A DNA stretch of 32,000 nt, from contig NC_009933.1 of NCBI RefSeq assembly GCF_000018105.1, forward strand, positions 88,694 to 120,693. Direction: 5' to 3'. Shown here one piece after another: positions 1 through 8,622 of this stretch. Under the pieces are notes generated by a model. It ran no database searches, was not told where the DNA came from, and saw nothing but the letters and a program-made list of their open reading frames with translations. Every line of letters begins with the position of its first letter. Position 1 is the first letter of the stretch. Source of the DNA: Acaryochloris marina MBIC11017 (GTDB taxonomy: Bacteria; Cyanobacteriota; Cyanobacteriia; Thermosynechococcales; Thermosynechococcaceae). The translations under genes and the position numbers were made by a program.

Positions 1-21
1 AAAAATATTTAGTTTTTTCCT

Positions 22-61
22 GGATCCCTAGCTATTCGCGTAGCTGGGATTCCTTTTTTTT
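22..61 (+). terminator. Terminator-like hairpin plus T-run
   Basis: Imperfect hairpin GGATCCCTAGCTA-ttcgcg-TAGCTGGGATTCC followed by a T8-9 run. The T-run is on the + strand only, so it would terminate a + strand gene upstream of the window. Confidence 0.4.
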
Positions 62-277
62 AGGGCATCGTCACCTCCTGGGGGGAAATACAAAGATTCT
101 TAGTGAACCATACTACGCTTCAGCCCTCAATACGCAAAGGCTTTAAAACAAAAGATCATCAAGGGTTTCAGAATCCTGGGCAGCATGATTCGATGAGGAA
201 AAAATGGGTCAATTCCTCGAATGAGAATGAAGAAATTTGTTGCTTGATCAGAGAAAATCTAAATTGGTATCTGGGAA

Positions 278-1549
278 TTAATTTGGTGGCCGAGGGTGTT
301 CTTTCCTATATCCACCCTCAATGACTTTAGATACACCTGAAGTAATGGACGACATTATTGACCTCCTTTCGTTCGGTCTATCATTGTCCTGTAATCTTCT
401 AACAGACTGAGATACAAGCGCTAATGGCAGCAAGATTATATTGAGAATTACTGGGCTGAATCCCAGATGTCCTCGCCAATCGTCTTGAGTTCTCTCCAGT
501 TGATGGCATCGCTGATTCTCTGGGGTAAGTCGATGCCTCGCGACATTAGCAGCCTCGTGACTGCTACGCCGACGAAAAACCAGAATGTGTTTCTGAGCAT
601 TGGTCAGTTCTCCAGGCTCATGAATATGACTCTCCTTATTGGTTTGTTTGAAAATCTGTTGAATAGCTCTGCCGATTTTCCCGCCCAGCCGTGAGGCGTC
701 AACCCTTTTTACAGTAGGCTTCTCGATTCCTTCGGGATGAATTAGCTGGGTCTTGTCAGGTTGTGGGAATCGAACTAGGCAAGATCCATAAGTGATAAGG
801 TGCTTGAGATATTCAAGAGCCTTTTGATAAAGCTGCCTAATTCTTTCGCCAGAAAGCTTGAGCATTGTCCCAATCTCGCGATAGCTATGACCGTCTCTCC
901 TTGCACGGACAATAAAACTTTCGCGATCAGGGAGCTGAGCAATGTAGTCTTTCATATTGATACTCTCGGCAAAATCCCAAGAATCTAGCTGTTCAAGATC
1001 TTCAACAAAATCAAGACATTCAATCCCTTGCTCTGTCCCAGTCAAGACATTGAGGCTAGAGGTATCAACTACTCGTGCTTTACTCCAGGCGTTAGTAATT
1101 ACTCGATGTGAATATCCTGTACGTTCAGCCAGTTCATCTAGAGTGGGTTTTCGTTCTAACTCCAGCTTTAAGTCTTGTTCAGCTTCATCAATTTTTTTTA
1201 GGTGTTTCGTAATTTCTCTACTGAGTCCTCTTTGTTCACAAATCAACTGCCTGATTTCAGTTCTGATAGGCTTAACAGCGTAGGTACTGAATTGAAAGCC
1301 CCTCGATAGATCAAATTTTTGAATAGCAATGGATAGTCCTAGGGTTCCAGCATTCACTAAATCGTCCCAGTCAACTAATCCGCGATATCGTTTAGCTTCA
1401 TTGAAGACTAACCGCTGATTCTTTCGTATAAAACGGTCTTCAGCCCTTCTGTCACCAGCCTGAGCGCGTTCAATCTGTGGGTACTGGACTTTGCGGCTAA
1501 AAGGTCCGGTCTCCAGGGATTGCGAATTGAAAACATTGGTGTATACCAT
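278..1549 (-). CDS. Sigma-70 family RNA polymerase sigma factor (group 3, SigF/FliA-like) with ~175-aa C-terminal extension
   Basis: 423-aa ORF. Region 2 is DLVNAGTLGLSIAIQKFDLSRGFQFSTYAVKPIRTEIRQ. The region 3 linker is KPTLDELAERTGYS. Region 4.2 HTH is LPDRESFIVRARRDGHSYREIGTMLKLSGERIRQLYQKALEYLK. The ORF continues ~175 aa past region 4 and includes the hydrophobic stretch FSPVILNIILLPLALVSQSV. Confidence 0.85.
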   Translation of the reverse strand: MVYTNVFNSQSLETGPFSRKVQYPQIERAQAGDRRAEDRFIRKNQRLVFNEAKRYRGLVDWDDLVNAGTLGLSIAIQKFDLSRGFQFSTYAVKPIRTEIRQLICEQRGLSREITKHLKKIDEAEQDLKLELERKPTLDELAERTGYSHRVITNAWSKARVVDTSSLNVLTGTEQGIECLDFVEDLEQLDSWDFAESINMKDYIAQLPDRESFIVRARRDGHSYREIGTMLKLSGERIRQLYQKALEYLKHLITYGSCLVRFPQPDKTQLIHPEGIEKPTVKRVDASRLGGKIGRAIQQIFKQTNKESHIHEPGELTNAQKHILVFRRRSSHEAANVARHRLTPENQRCHQLERTQDDWRGHLGFSPVILNIILLPLALVSQSVRRLQDNDRPNERRSIMSSITSGVSKVIEGGYRKEHPRPPN

Positions 1550-1575
1550 TGTTTAAACCTTCAGATCCGTAATCT

Positions 1576-1623
1576 GTGTCTAAGGTTTTCGGACCCTCTG
1601 GTTGTTTGATCGCGGTTAGAGGG
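1576..1623. repeat. Direct repeat copy 1 (about 47 bp) containing an internal hairpin
   Basis: gtgtctaaggttttcggaccctctggttgtttgatcgcggttagaggg. It is near-identical to 1672..1718, with one T indel and one substitution. The internal stem is GACCCTCT/AGAGGGTC and a T-rich run follows. Confidence 0.9.
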
Positions 1624-1671
1624 TCTTTTAGTTTTTTCATCAAAGGCTAACGGTGCAGTTAGCCTCAATCG

Positions 1672-1718
1672 GTGTTTAAGGTTTCGGACCCTCTGGTTGT
1701 TTGATCGCGGTTAGAGGG
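1672..1718. repeat. Direct repeat copy 2 (about 47 bp)
   Basis: gtgtttaaggtttcggaccctctggttgtttgatcgcggttagaggg, offset 96 bp from copy 1. A separate 7-bp-stem hairpin, GGCTAAC-ggtgca-GTTAGCC (1645..1664), lies between the copies. Confidence 0.9.
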
Positions 1719-2389
1719 CAATAGTAATCTTGTGTCGTCGGCAATCTAGGTAGCGAAGATCGAAATACCCTATTACCTAAAACGTGTTTGCAGTGGAGAA
1801 ATCGTTGATACTTCATGTCACCCCCCGATAAGCATTTGTTTTAATTGCTTGTTCTGTTTGTTTTCAGTCCAGAGGACAGATTGAGAATTGTGTAGCTAGA
1901 TAGTAAAAATTCTCATTAAATATAGTACATATGTATCAAAAATATCAATCATTCACCTCTTTGTAAATGGATTCTTAGGGTGTGCTTGTCGAGAATCAGG
2001 GATAAGGAAGAAATTGTGGCTCGGTGAAGAACAGTTTCTTTGCCTCAAGAACTATTTGAAAGACGCGTTAATTCTTGCTGCACATGACTTAGTTCCTTCC
2101 AGGTCTAGCTTTGTTTTGTAGGCAATGAAGGAAGCTACAGGACAAAGAATGAGGGTCCATTGCACAAATTAACTACCTGATTTGTGGATTGAGTCTCCCT
2201 GAGCCGTTTTGACGGTAAATTAGGAAGCCAATTTTTTCGCTTCTTAATTGGTATAGATAAATATTACATGTTACACATGGATTATGCAATTAATGATGAA
2301 ATGCTAGCCTAAAGTTTGAATCTATACGTATTCAGTTGTAAATATAGCTTTACCAATAAATGATGTAATTTTTGGAAGAAGTATGAACA

Positions 2390-2671
2390 ATGAAAAAAGT
2401 AGTGATCAACTGGAAACTCGCTGAAGTAATGCAAGCTAATGGTATTAGCCCAACCGACCTTGCTGCTGAGATGAAAATTAGTCGGAATGCCATATCAAAA
2501 ATGAGAAAGCATTACATGCCACGCATGGATGGTGAAAAGCTAAATAATTTATTGATATCCTTAAACACTTTGAGAAAGCCTGGAAAGAGGCCAATACGAG
2601 TAAGCCACTTGATAGTTGAGAGCTATACGTTGGAGGAAATGGAGCGGGCAAAAGTTGGTGAGTCTACATAG
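2390..2671 (+). CDS. XRE/Cro-C1-type helix-turn-helix transcriptional regulator
   Basis: 93-aa ORF with an HTH-like segment, ISPTDLAAEMKISRNAISKMRK. It is divergent from the sigma gene across an ~840-bp AT-rich intergenic region. Confidence 0.75.
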   Translation: MKKVVINWKLAEVMQANGISPTDLAAEMKISRNAISKMRKHYMPRMDGEKLNNLLISLNTLRKPGKRPIRVSHLIVESYTLEEMERAKVGEST

Positions 2672-2731
2672 ATTTTGATCTCATAGCTACTCTCCCTACC
2701 CTTCCTGTGTAGCTCATCGGCCACACAGAAA

Positions 2732-3595
2732 ATGCTCAAAACCACATTATTGTCACTTGGATTGTTGGCGATCACATTCTCGTCAGCCCTCGCCAATCCC
2801 GCTACAATTCCCATAGACAAGGCATTTAAACACACTCAGAAGCTAGAAGTTTCAGATGTAGATCATCTATTAGACTTCACGGATACCCGCTACCGGGTTA
2901 TCAAAGCCTTTCCCAGTAACCCTCAACAGTTGCGGGCCTTAAGCCTGTCTCGTAACGATCATCAGCAACTCCTTCTCAAGTGGACTCCCAACGGCACAGC
3001 CAAAAAGGCCAGTGTCTTCCTACGAGTCATGGGTCCAGGGGGAGAGCAAACCATCACCCTCTTGGTGAAGCGGTCTGGTAATGAACCGGACAATATCAGA
3101 ACAGCGTTTGTCCCCAGCCAAACCGTCTCCAAAGATGCCGTGATCGGGGAAGTAGCTGAAATTCCCCCCAAGCCAACTGTTGCACCCATCCCTAACCAAC
3201 TCATTCGCCCCAACTGGAAATCCCACAATTCACCCAAAACCGCACAGCCTGTTAAAGCTCCCTTAACCCTCACTCACCCGAAATCCCCACCCGTCCTCAA
3301 ACTCAGGGCGACACCCAAACCCATTCCCAGAATTGCCAAGGTCACTACTACAGGTCGGCCCCTTATCGACCGCACAACGCTAGACAACAAAGCCTTAGCC
3401 AACTACCTGTTGAGAGGACTACACCGGGCCAGAGGACTGCGGCAAATCAACCGCCATCACGACAACTACTGGTTCGCTCAATCAATGGCCCGCTATCTCA
3501 AACGAGGAGTGTCCGTTGATAAGGCCCTGCGCTGGTCCCGACTGCCTGAAAAAACCTTCAACGACCTCCTCGGCCACGGTGGTGTCAGTCGCTGA
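2732..3595 (+). CDS. Secreted protein of unknown function; possible periplasmic or outer-membrane T4SS component
   Basis: 287 aa. Signal peptide MLKTTLLSLGLLAITFSSALA, a beta-rich N-domain, a Pro-rich linker (PPKPTVAPIPNQ...PKSPPVLKLRATPKPIP) and a basic helical C-terminus. It is the first gene of the + strand cluster. Any VirB9-like role is only a guess. Confidence 0.6.
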   Translation: MLKTTLLSLGLLAITFSSALANPATIPIDKAFKHTQKLEVSDVDHLLDFTDTRYRVIKAFPSNPQQLRALSLSRNDHQQLLLKWTPNGTAKKASVFLRVMGPGGEQTITLLVKRSGNEPDNIRTAFVPSQTVSKDAVIGEVAEIPPKPTVAPIPNQLIRPNWKSHNSPKTAQPVKAPLTLTHPKSPPVLKLRATPKPIPRIAKVTTTGRPLIDRTTLDNKALANYLLRGLHRARGLRQINRHHDNYWFAQSMARYLKRGVSVDKALRWSRLPEKTFNDLLGHGGVSR

Positions 3596-3617
3596 AAGTA
3601 CTGCTGTTAAGGCAAAT

Positions 3618-3647
3618 TTGCACCTTCAAAGCCATCTTACCTATGTT
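3618..3647 (+). promoter_or_regulatory. Recurrent promoter-like motif P1 (TTGCAC-N18-TATGTT)
   Basis: aaatTTGCACcttcaaagccatcttaccTATGTTtc. It ends 32 nt before the ATG at 3680. It is one of six motif copies with identical 18-nt spacing. Confidence 0.6.
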
Positions 3648-3679
3648 TCTATCGTCCCCCCATCGGAGATTGAATCGTC

Positions 3680-4336
3680 ATGCAATCCCCCTTCCTCCAA
3701 CACACTCGGCACTATGCCCATAAATACGGACCTCAATGGTCTGCTCCAGTCCTCCTCGTCATCCTCACCCTCTGCCCCGTTTTTCTGCCATTAAATCCAG
3801 GCACCCAAATCGCCTGGTTAGAAATCATGGCACTGGTCTGGTCCACCGCCCTCTTCCTGCATCTCTATCAACTCCTCAATATTCAAACCAAGCTGGGCCT
3901 CTACCTCTTCTTCTCCGGGATGATTGCCTTGGTTCCCTCTATGGTGAAAGCCCAAAACGTCGGCAATGCCCCTTCCAGTGCCTGTAACTCCGGCTTCTTC
4001 CTGATCGGCCCCATGCTCGGAGCCGTGGATACTTCCTTGGGCTGGTTTCTGGGTGGCGTCCTCGCTTACTCCCTTTGCGCCTTTATGATTGCCTTGATGA
4101 TTGTCTTCTTCCTTGTCGTCATCGTCGGTTTAGTGATGGCTGGGGCAGAATCCCACAACAGCAAACGCACCCTGTTTGAAGTCCTCTCCCAATATCTGAA
4201 CGTGATCATCACCATGATGGTGATCGCCTCATTGGTGACCGTCTTTAACCTGCAATTGAGTAATAACGGCAACGCCGCTCCTATCCCCGTCGGTGGACAG
4301 AATCAGCCCCAAGGCGCGACCTCTGTGTTGAACTAG
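3680..4336 (+). CDS. Polytopic membrane protein; candidate VirB2/TrbC-like pilin precursor
   Basis: 218 aa with several TM helices. A possible leader cleavage site is VKA/QNVG. It is followed by ACNSGFFLIGPMLGA, which resembles the VirB2 segment ICTFILGPFGQ, and by two hydrophobic helices. It sits immediately upstream of VirB4. Confidence 0.5.
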   Translation: MQSPFLQHTRHYAHKYGPQWSAPVLLVILTLCPVFLPLNPGTQIAWLEIMALVWSTALFLHLYQLLNIQTKLGLYLFFSGMIALVPSMVKAQNVGNAPSSACNSGFFLIGPMLGAVDTSLGWFLGGVLAYSLCAFMIALMIVFFLVVIVGLVMAGAESHNSKRTLFEVLSQYLNVIITMMVIASLVTVFNLQLSNNGNAAPIPVGGQNQPQGATSVLN

Positions 4337-4347
4337 GAGGACATTAC

Positions 4348-7300
4348 ATGACCCAGACCGAACAGATTGAAAAAGAACTGCGCTACGGCAAAATCAACCC
4401 CTACATCGGCCCCACTCAATTCCAAGTCCTAAGTGGACAGCAGATTATCACCCTAGCGGCCAGTGGCTGCATCTGCTTTATCCTCGGCTTCTCCATCGGC
4501 TGGTTTATGGCTGTATTCCTCTGGTTAGGAATCTTTGTCCTCACTGTGTTGGCCTTGGGCAAAGACTACTCCCGCATCTTTGCCCGCATGAGCAAACAGC
4601 GACGGTACTACAGTGACCGTCCGAACTACCAAGTCAAGGGAGGAGTCCCCCTGATGGTGATTGAACTACCTGAACCCTTCAAACTCAGTCAGCTTTTCCG
4701 CCGACAGACTAAGCAGAAAGCCTTGAAGAAAATAGAGCCTGAATTTGACCTCAGAGCCTATGGAGAAATGCTCCTCGGTGAAGACATCGGCTTCTATCTT
4801 GTCCATCAAGACAAGCATGACCGAGCCATGCTCATTTTTGGCTTCACCCTAAAAGGGATTGACCCCACCCTGTCAGAGCAAGATGCAATGGACAGATTGC
4901 AGACCATTGTCATGGCCCTCCAGAAAATTCCTGGCATCGAACTCAAATTCTTCTGGGACGTGGAAGGTTCTGCTGATGCAGTCCTCCTTCATCAACATGA
5001 TCTCGTCACCCACAACGATCTAGATCTTCTCAGTGAAAAGCTGATCAAAAGTGAGGCTCAAGTCGCCGTTGACCTCGCCGCAGAAGGTAAACTTGTCCAT
5101 TCCGTCATCCGTGTCTATGCCAAGTATCGCCTCAGCTTAGCCGATGACTATGCCGTCAAAGAAGACCGCTTAGATAAACTCCTCGCCCATACCCAGCCCC
5201 TAGTCGGCACCTTCCAAGAATATCTCAACCCCCAACCCGAAGGCTTTAGCTCCAAACAAGCCTGGGAGAAAGTCTTAGACCGGGCCTATCAAGCCGGGTA
5301 TATCCCCACCGTCAAAGCCTTGACTCAAATGGGCGTCAAACCCCAGCCTATGAGCAAAGAAGACCTGTGGGCCATCGACTGGGAAGACACCCATGCAGAA
5401 CCCGCTGACCCCTGTCCTCAATCGATTACCTACAGTGAAGCGGGCCTGTCTCCCTTTAATGAAGATCAGCCTCTGCCCTATCACATCCTCGGAGAACTGT
5501 TCAGCCCCGAGCGAGGCTTACCCGCCGTTCCCACCCCCTACCTCTACACCCTCTATCACCCCATCAAGGATCAATGGGCTGCTCTCGTCAAAATCAACCA
5601 GCTTAGTACCTACAACAAAATCGATAACTTCCTCTCTATTGGTTACATGAAATTCCTCCTCCAAGCCCTAGAGGGATTTCATGGCTATCGCCTGATCTCA
5701 GAAATCACCCAGATTGAACCTGACTCCCGCCTGAAGCTCGTCAACTCCGCCATCAAAGAACGCAACCGCAAAGCCATCGATGCTCAACTCCTGCACAGCA
5801 CCCGCAACGTCCAGGCAGAGACGGATGTGAATGAACTCGTCGATGCCTCCCGTGAACTTAGTTCCGGTCGCTGGCCCCTCAAAGTCAGCCTCGGAATCTG
5901 GGTCTATCGAGCTGACAAAGCCAGCCTTACCGCTGCCGTTCAAGACCTGATTCGCCGACTGCCCACCAGCAAAACCGAGCAAGTCAGCAATCACCTGATG
6001 ACTCATTGGATCTCCAGTCATCCCTTCCACTGGCAAAGCTTGTTCTCCAAACCCCAACTGCGGCGAGAAGAATACCAATGCAATCAGGGGGTTCCCTTGA
6101 TGCCCCTAGTCCATCCCCAAACCATCGATAAACAGGGTATCCCCTTTGTCTCTCGCGGCGTTGCCATTCCTGTCCATCTCAACACAGCCTTAAAGAAGAA
6201 TCTGATAGCCATCTTTGGACCCATGGGAGTGGGTAAATCCGTATTGATGAACCGGATGATCCTAGAGAACATCATCCACCGCATCTTTACCGTCGTGATT
6301 GATGTCCCCCCTGGAAACGGCAAGAGTACCTATCAGCCGTTTTTGAAGCAGCTTCAGGCCATCAATGTTGCTGCAGCCTACTTCAATATCAAAGAACACA
6401 TCATCAACGTCCTCGCTGAAATCGATACAAGCTGGGCAGGCGATCTCCTCAGTGTCCAACTCCTGAAGAAAATCAAGCAAAACCACCTCAGTCTCCTGCG
6501 GGCCTTAGTCCTAGGAGATGACCTCGACCATCCCCTCTACAAAACCATCAAGTCTGTCCTGGCATTGAGCTATCAAGACTGGCGGGCCTTATCGGAGATT
6601 GATCAACGCTATCGCATCGCCAAAGCCGCTGCCTTTGGGTCTGAGCCATCCCAACGAATGCCTATCCTCCAAGACTTCGTAGATTACTTTCCCCAGTGGG
6701 TGAGACAGTACAAACAAGACAAAGACTGTGAGGATTTGGAACTGCAAGCCATCGCCATGATCCGCACGGAACTGGAAGCCGTCCTCACTACGGATCTAGG
6801 AGCTTCCATCAATGGCATCAACACTTTTAACTTCGACCTCCAAACCCTCGTCATTGGCCTGACGGACCTGCAAGACCCCCAAGAGAGCGTCATCTATTCC
6901 ATGGCTGCGATTAACTTGATGGAGCTGCAATCGTTCCGCTATCCTCGCTCCGCCATCTTTGGCGATGAAATCTCCACCACCTTTAAGTACCGCTCCATCT
7001 CCATCCGCTTCGCTGAGATCTGCACGAAGGGAAGGAAAGAAGCCAAGAACGTGGTTATTGCTGGAACTGAAGAGAACACCCTCGTTCAGTCAGAAGGAGG
7101 CCGAGATATCCTTAACAACCTGGATGCTGTCTTCTATGGACATTGCAATCCCACTGCCGTTGAGAATGCCTCTAAGCATCTGCGCCTCAAGCCTGAAGTC
7201 CTCTCCAAATATGTCCGAGCTGAATATGCCCCCAACCTCGCGGAACTCTGCACCTCCTGGTATCTGCGGAAAGGGAATCAACACTATGAACTGCTGTTCT

Positions 7301-7473
7301 ACACCTCAGCCCTGATGATTGCCCTGCTCTGTACCCAACCTGAAGAAACTGCAGCCAGGGACCGGATCCTGGCTCTCTATCCTGACAATCCCCTCCAGGG
7401 CTATATCAAATTTGGGCATCTGCTGAAACGGGCTTACAAACTCAACCTACCCCTGTCTCATATCGGAGCCTAA
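4348..7473 (+). CDS. virB4: VirB4/TrbE-family T4SS ATPase with N-terminal VirB3-like two-TM module
   Basis: 1041 aa. The SD sequence AGGAGG lies 7 nt upstream of the ATG. Two N-terminal TM helices (IITLAASGCICFILGFSIGWFMAVFLWLGIFVLTVLAL). Walker A is IFGPMGVGKSVL (about 6211..6240). The Walker B-like motif is SAIFGDEIST. The VirB4 motif is GRKEAKNVVIAGTE. Confidence 0.9.
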   Translation: MTQTEQIEKELRYGKINPYIGPTQFQVLSGQQIITLAASGCICFILGFSIGWFMAVFLWLGIFVLTVLALGKDYSRIFARMSKQRRYYSDRPNYQVKGGVPLMVIELPEPFKLSQLFRRQTKQKALKKIEPEFDLRAYGEMLLGEDIGFYLVHQDKHDRAMLIFGFTLKGIDPTLSEQDAMDRLQTIVMALQKIPGIELKFFWDVEGSADAVLLHQHDLVTHNDLDLLSEKLIKSEAQVAVDLAAEGKLVHSVIRVYAKYRLSLADDYAVKEDRLDKLLAHTQPLVGTFQEYLNPQPEGFSSKQAWEKVLDRAYQAGYIPTVKALTQMGVKPQPMSKEDLWAIDWEDTHAEPADPCPQSITYSEAGLSPFNEDQPLPYHILGELFSPERGLPAVPTPYLYTLYHPIKDQWAALVKINQLSTYNKIDNFLSIGYMKFLLQALEGFHGYRLISEITQIEPDSRLKLVNSAIKERNRKAIDAQLLHSTRNVQAETDVNELVDASRELSSGRWPLKVSLGIWVYRADKASLTAAVQDLIRRLPTSKTEQVSNHLMTHWISSHPFHWQSLFSKPQLRREEYQCNQGVPLMPLVHPQTIDKQGIPFVSRGVAIPVHLNTALKKNLIAIFGPMGVGKSVLMNRMILENIIHRIFTVVIDVPPGNGKSTYQPFLKQLQAINVAAAYFNIKEHIINVLAEIDTSWAGDLLSVQLLKKIKQNHLSLLRALVLGDDLDHPLYKTIKSVLALSYQDWRALSEIDQRYRIAKAAAFGSEPSQRMPILQDFVDYFPQWVRQYKQDKDCEDLELQAIAMIRTELEAVLTTDLGASINGINTFNFDLQTLVIGLTDLQDPQESVIYSMAAINLMELQSFRYPRSAIFGDEISTTFKYRSISIRFAEICTKGRKEAKNVVIAGTEENTLVQSEGGRDILNNLDAVFYGHCNPTAVENASKHLRLKPEVLSKYVRAEYAPNLAELCTSWYLRKGNQHYELLFYTSALMIALLCTQPEETAARDRILALYPDNPLQGYIKFGHLLKRAYKLNLPLSHIGA

Positions 7474-7476
7474 GTC

Positions 7477-8622
7477 ATGAACCGTAACCAAGCTGTTCTC
7501 TTGTCCCTGATCATTGTTTTTTCTAGCCCCCAGCTTACCCAAGCCCAAGTCTTCTCTGATGACATAACCCTACCGAAGAATGCCCCCACCTTCCCATCGG
7601 GTAGTCCCAGTACCACAGGGGATGTCAGTGTAACCCAGGATAATCCCTTTGACGATAGCCCTAAACCAAACTTCCTCAAAGATATCTTCTTGGGTCCGAG
7701 CAACAATAGACCGATTCATTCCAGCACCTTGAAGCTGTTCGATATTCTCGGAAAAGCCCAGAAAGGCTTAAAGAGCTACAAGTTTGCTGAACAGGTCTAT
7801 AAGGGCATTACGGGGAAAAACGCTAACAGCATCACCGATGGAGTATTTGGAATTCTAGAGCAGTACGGCATTATTGACCCCCAGAAAGCCACCACTGCCT
7901 CAAATCGCTCCACCCCCATCCTGATTGGTCAAGGGAATCAAGGTCCCGCCTATGCCACGGCTGGCTCAATCGGAGCCTTAAAGCTGGAACCCAAAGAACC
8001 TTATGAATGGCGGGTCAAAGCCTTAAACGAAAACATCGTCTACAAAAACGCCATCCAAAAGACCGGGGACTTCGTGTACTCCCCAGAAGCTCAAGAGATC
8101 CTCAAAGTCCAAGATCAAGTCGCCGCTGATGCCAGAGACGCTGCCGCTGCCGCCGCTCAAGGGGGGCTAGAATCCGTCCTCGCCTCTACCCAAGTCAAAG
8201 ACCAGAGCATCTATGCCAGTACCGTTGTCGGTGAATATGGCACCTCCGCTCAAAGCGCCAAATCCACCCAAGCCGTCAACAAACTTGAGACGAAGCAAAA
8301 CACCGAGATTGCCAACATCTTGGCGGGCAATGCCTTTCAACTGAATGCCATCAACGAATCAATGGTCCGCAACACTTCAGCCTTGGGCAATATCGTCACC
8401 ACCCAATCCATCCTCGTAGACAAACAGACCGTTTCTCAATATCTAGATGCCGCTCAACTGCGACAAAACGGTCAGATATTTACCACCCTCAACAACCACT
8501 ATTCCTATGAAAAGCGCAAGGATATGTATCAACACCTGGCCGCAGCCGACACCAGTAACCTGCTTCATTTCCCAAACTTGGTGGAACCTCAGCCAAATCC
8601 TTCAGGACAAACGCAACCGTAG
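7477..8622 (+). CDS. Secreted helical protein; possible VirB5/TrbJ-like T4SS component
   Basis: 381 aa. The start is 3 nt after the VirB4 stop. Signal peptide MNRNQAVLLSLIIVFSSPQLTQA. The C-terminal half is Ala/Gln-rich and predicted helical. The assignment rests on position and topology only. Confidence 0.55.
   Translation: MNRNQAVLLSLIIVFSSPQLTQAQVFSDDITLPKNAPTFPSGSPSTTGDVSVTQDNPFDDSPKPNFLKDIFLGPSNNRPIHSSTLKLFDILGKAQKGLKSYKFAEQVYKGITGKNANSITDGVFGILEQYGIIDPQKATTASNRSTPILIGQGNQGPAYATAGSIGALKLEPKEPYEWRVKALNENIVYKNAIQKTGDFVYSPEAQEILKVQDQVAADARDAAAAAAQGGLESVLASTQVKDQSIYASTVVGEYGTSAQSAKSTQAVNKLETKQNTEIANILAGNAFQLNAINESMVRNTSALGNIVTTQSILVDKQTVSQYLDAAQLRQNGQIFTTLNNHYSYEKRKDMYQHLAAADTSNLLHFPNLVEPQPNPSGQTQP

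Noticed and set aside
103-324. 73-aa + strand ORF at the window start
   Set aside because: It overlaps the 3' end of the sigma ORF on the opposite strand. It has no start context or recognisable motif.
1576-1718. Possible CRISPR array
   Set aside because: There are only two repeat copies, the repeat is 47 bp with a 48-bp interval, and no cas genes are present. I treated it as a regulatory or structural direct repeat instead.
5275-7315. Multiple 64-126-aa ORFs, antisense or out of frame, inside the VirB4 gene (for example 5275..5484, 5698..6078, 6084..6323, 6684..6893, 6959..7315)
   Set aside because: They lie entirely within a long, motif-supported CDS. Their products are low-complexity or Pro/Ser/Gly-rich, as is typical of shadow frames in moderately GC-rich coding DNA. 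The same reasoning applies to shadow ORFs inside the sigma, hydrolase, coupling-protein and lipase genes.
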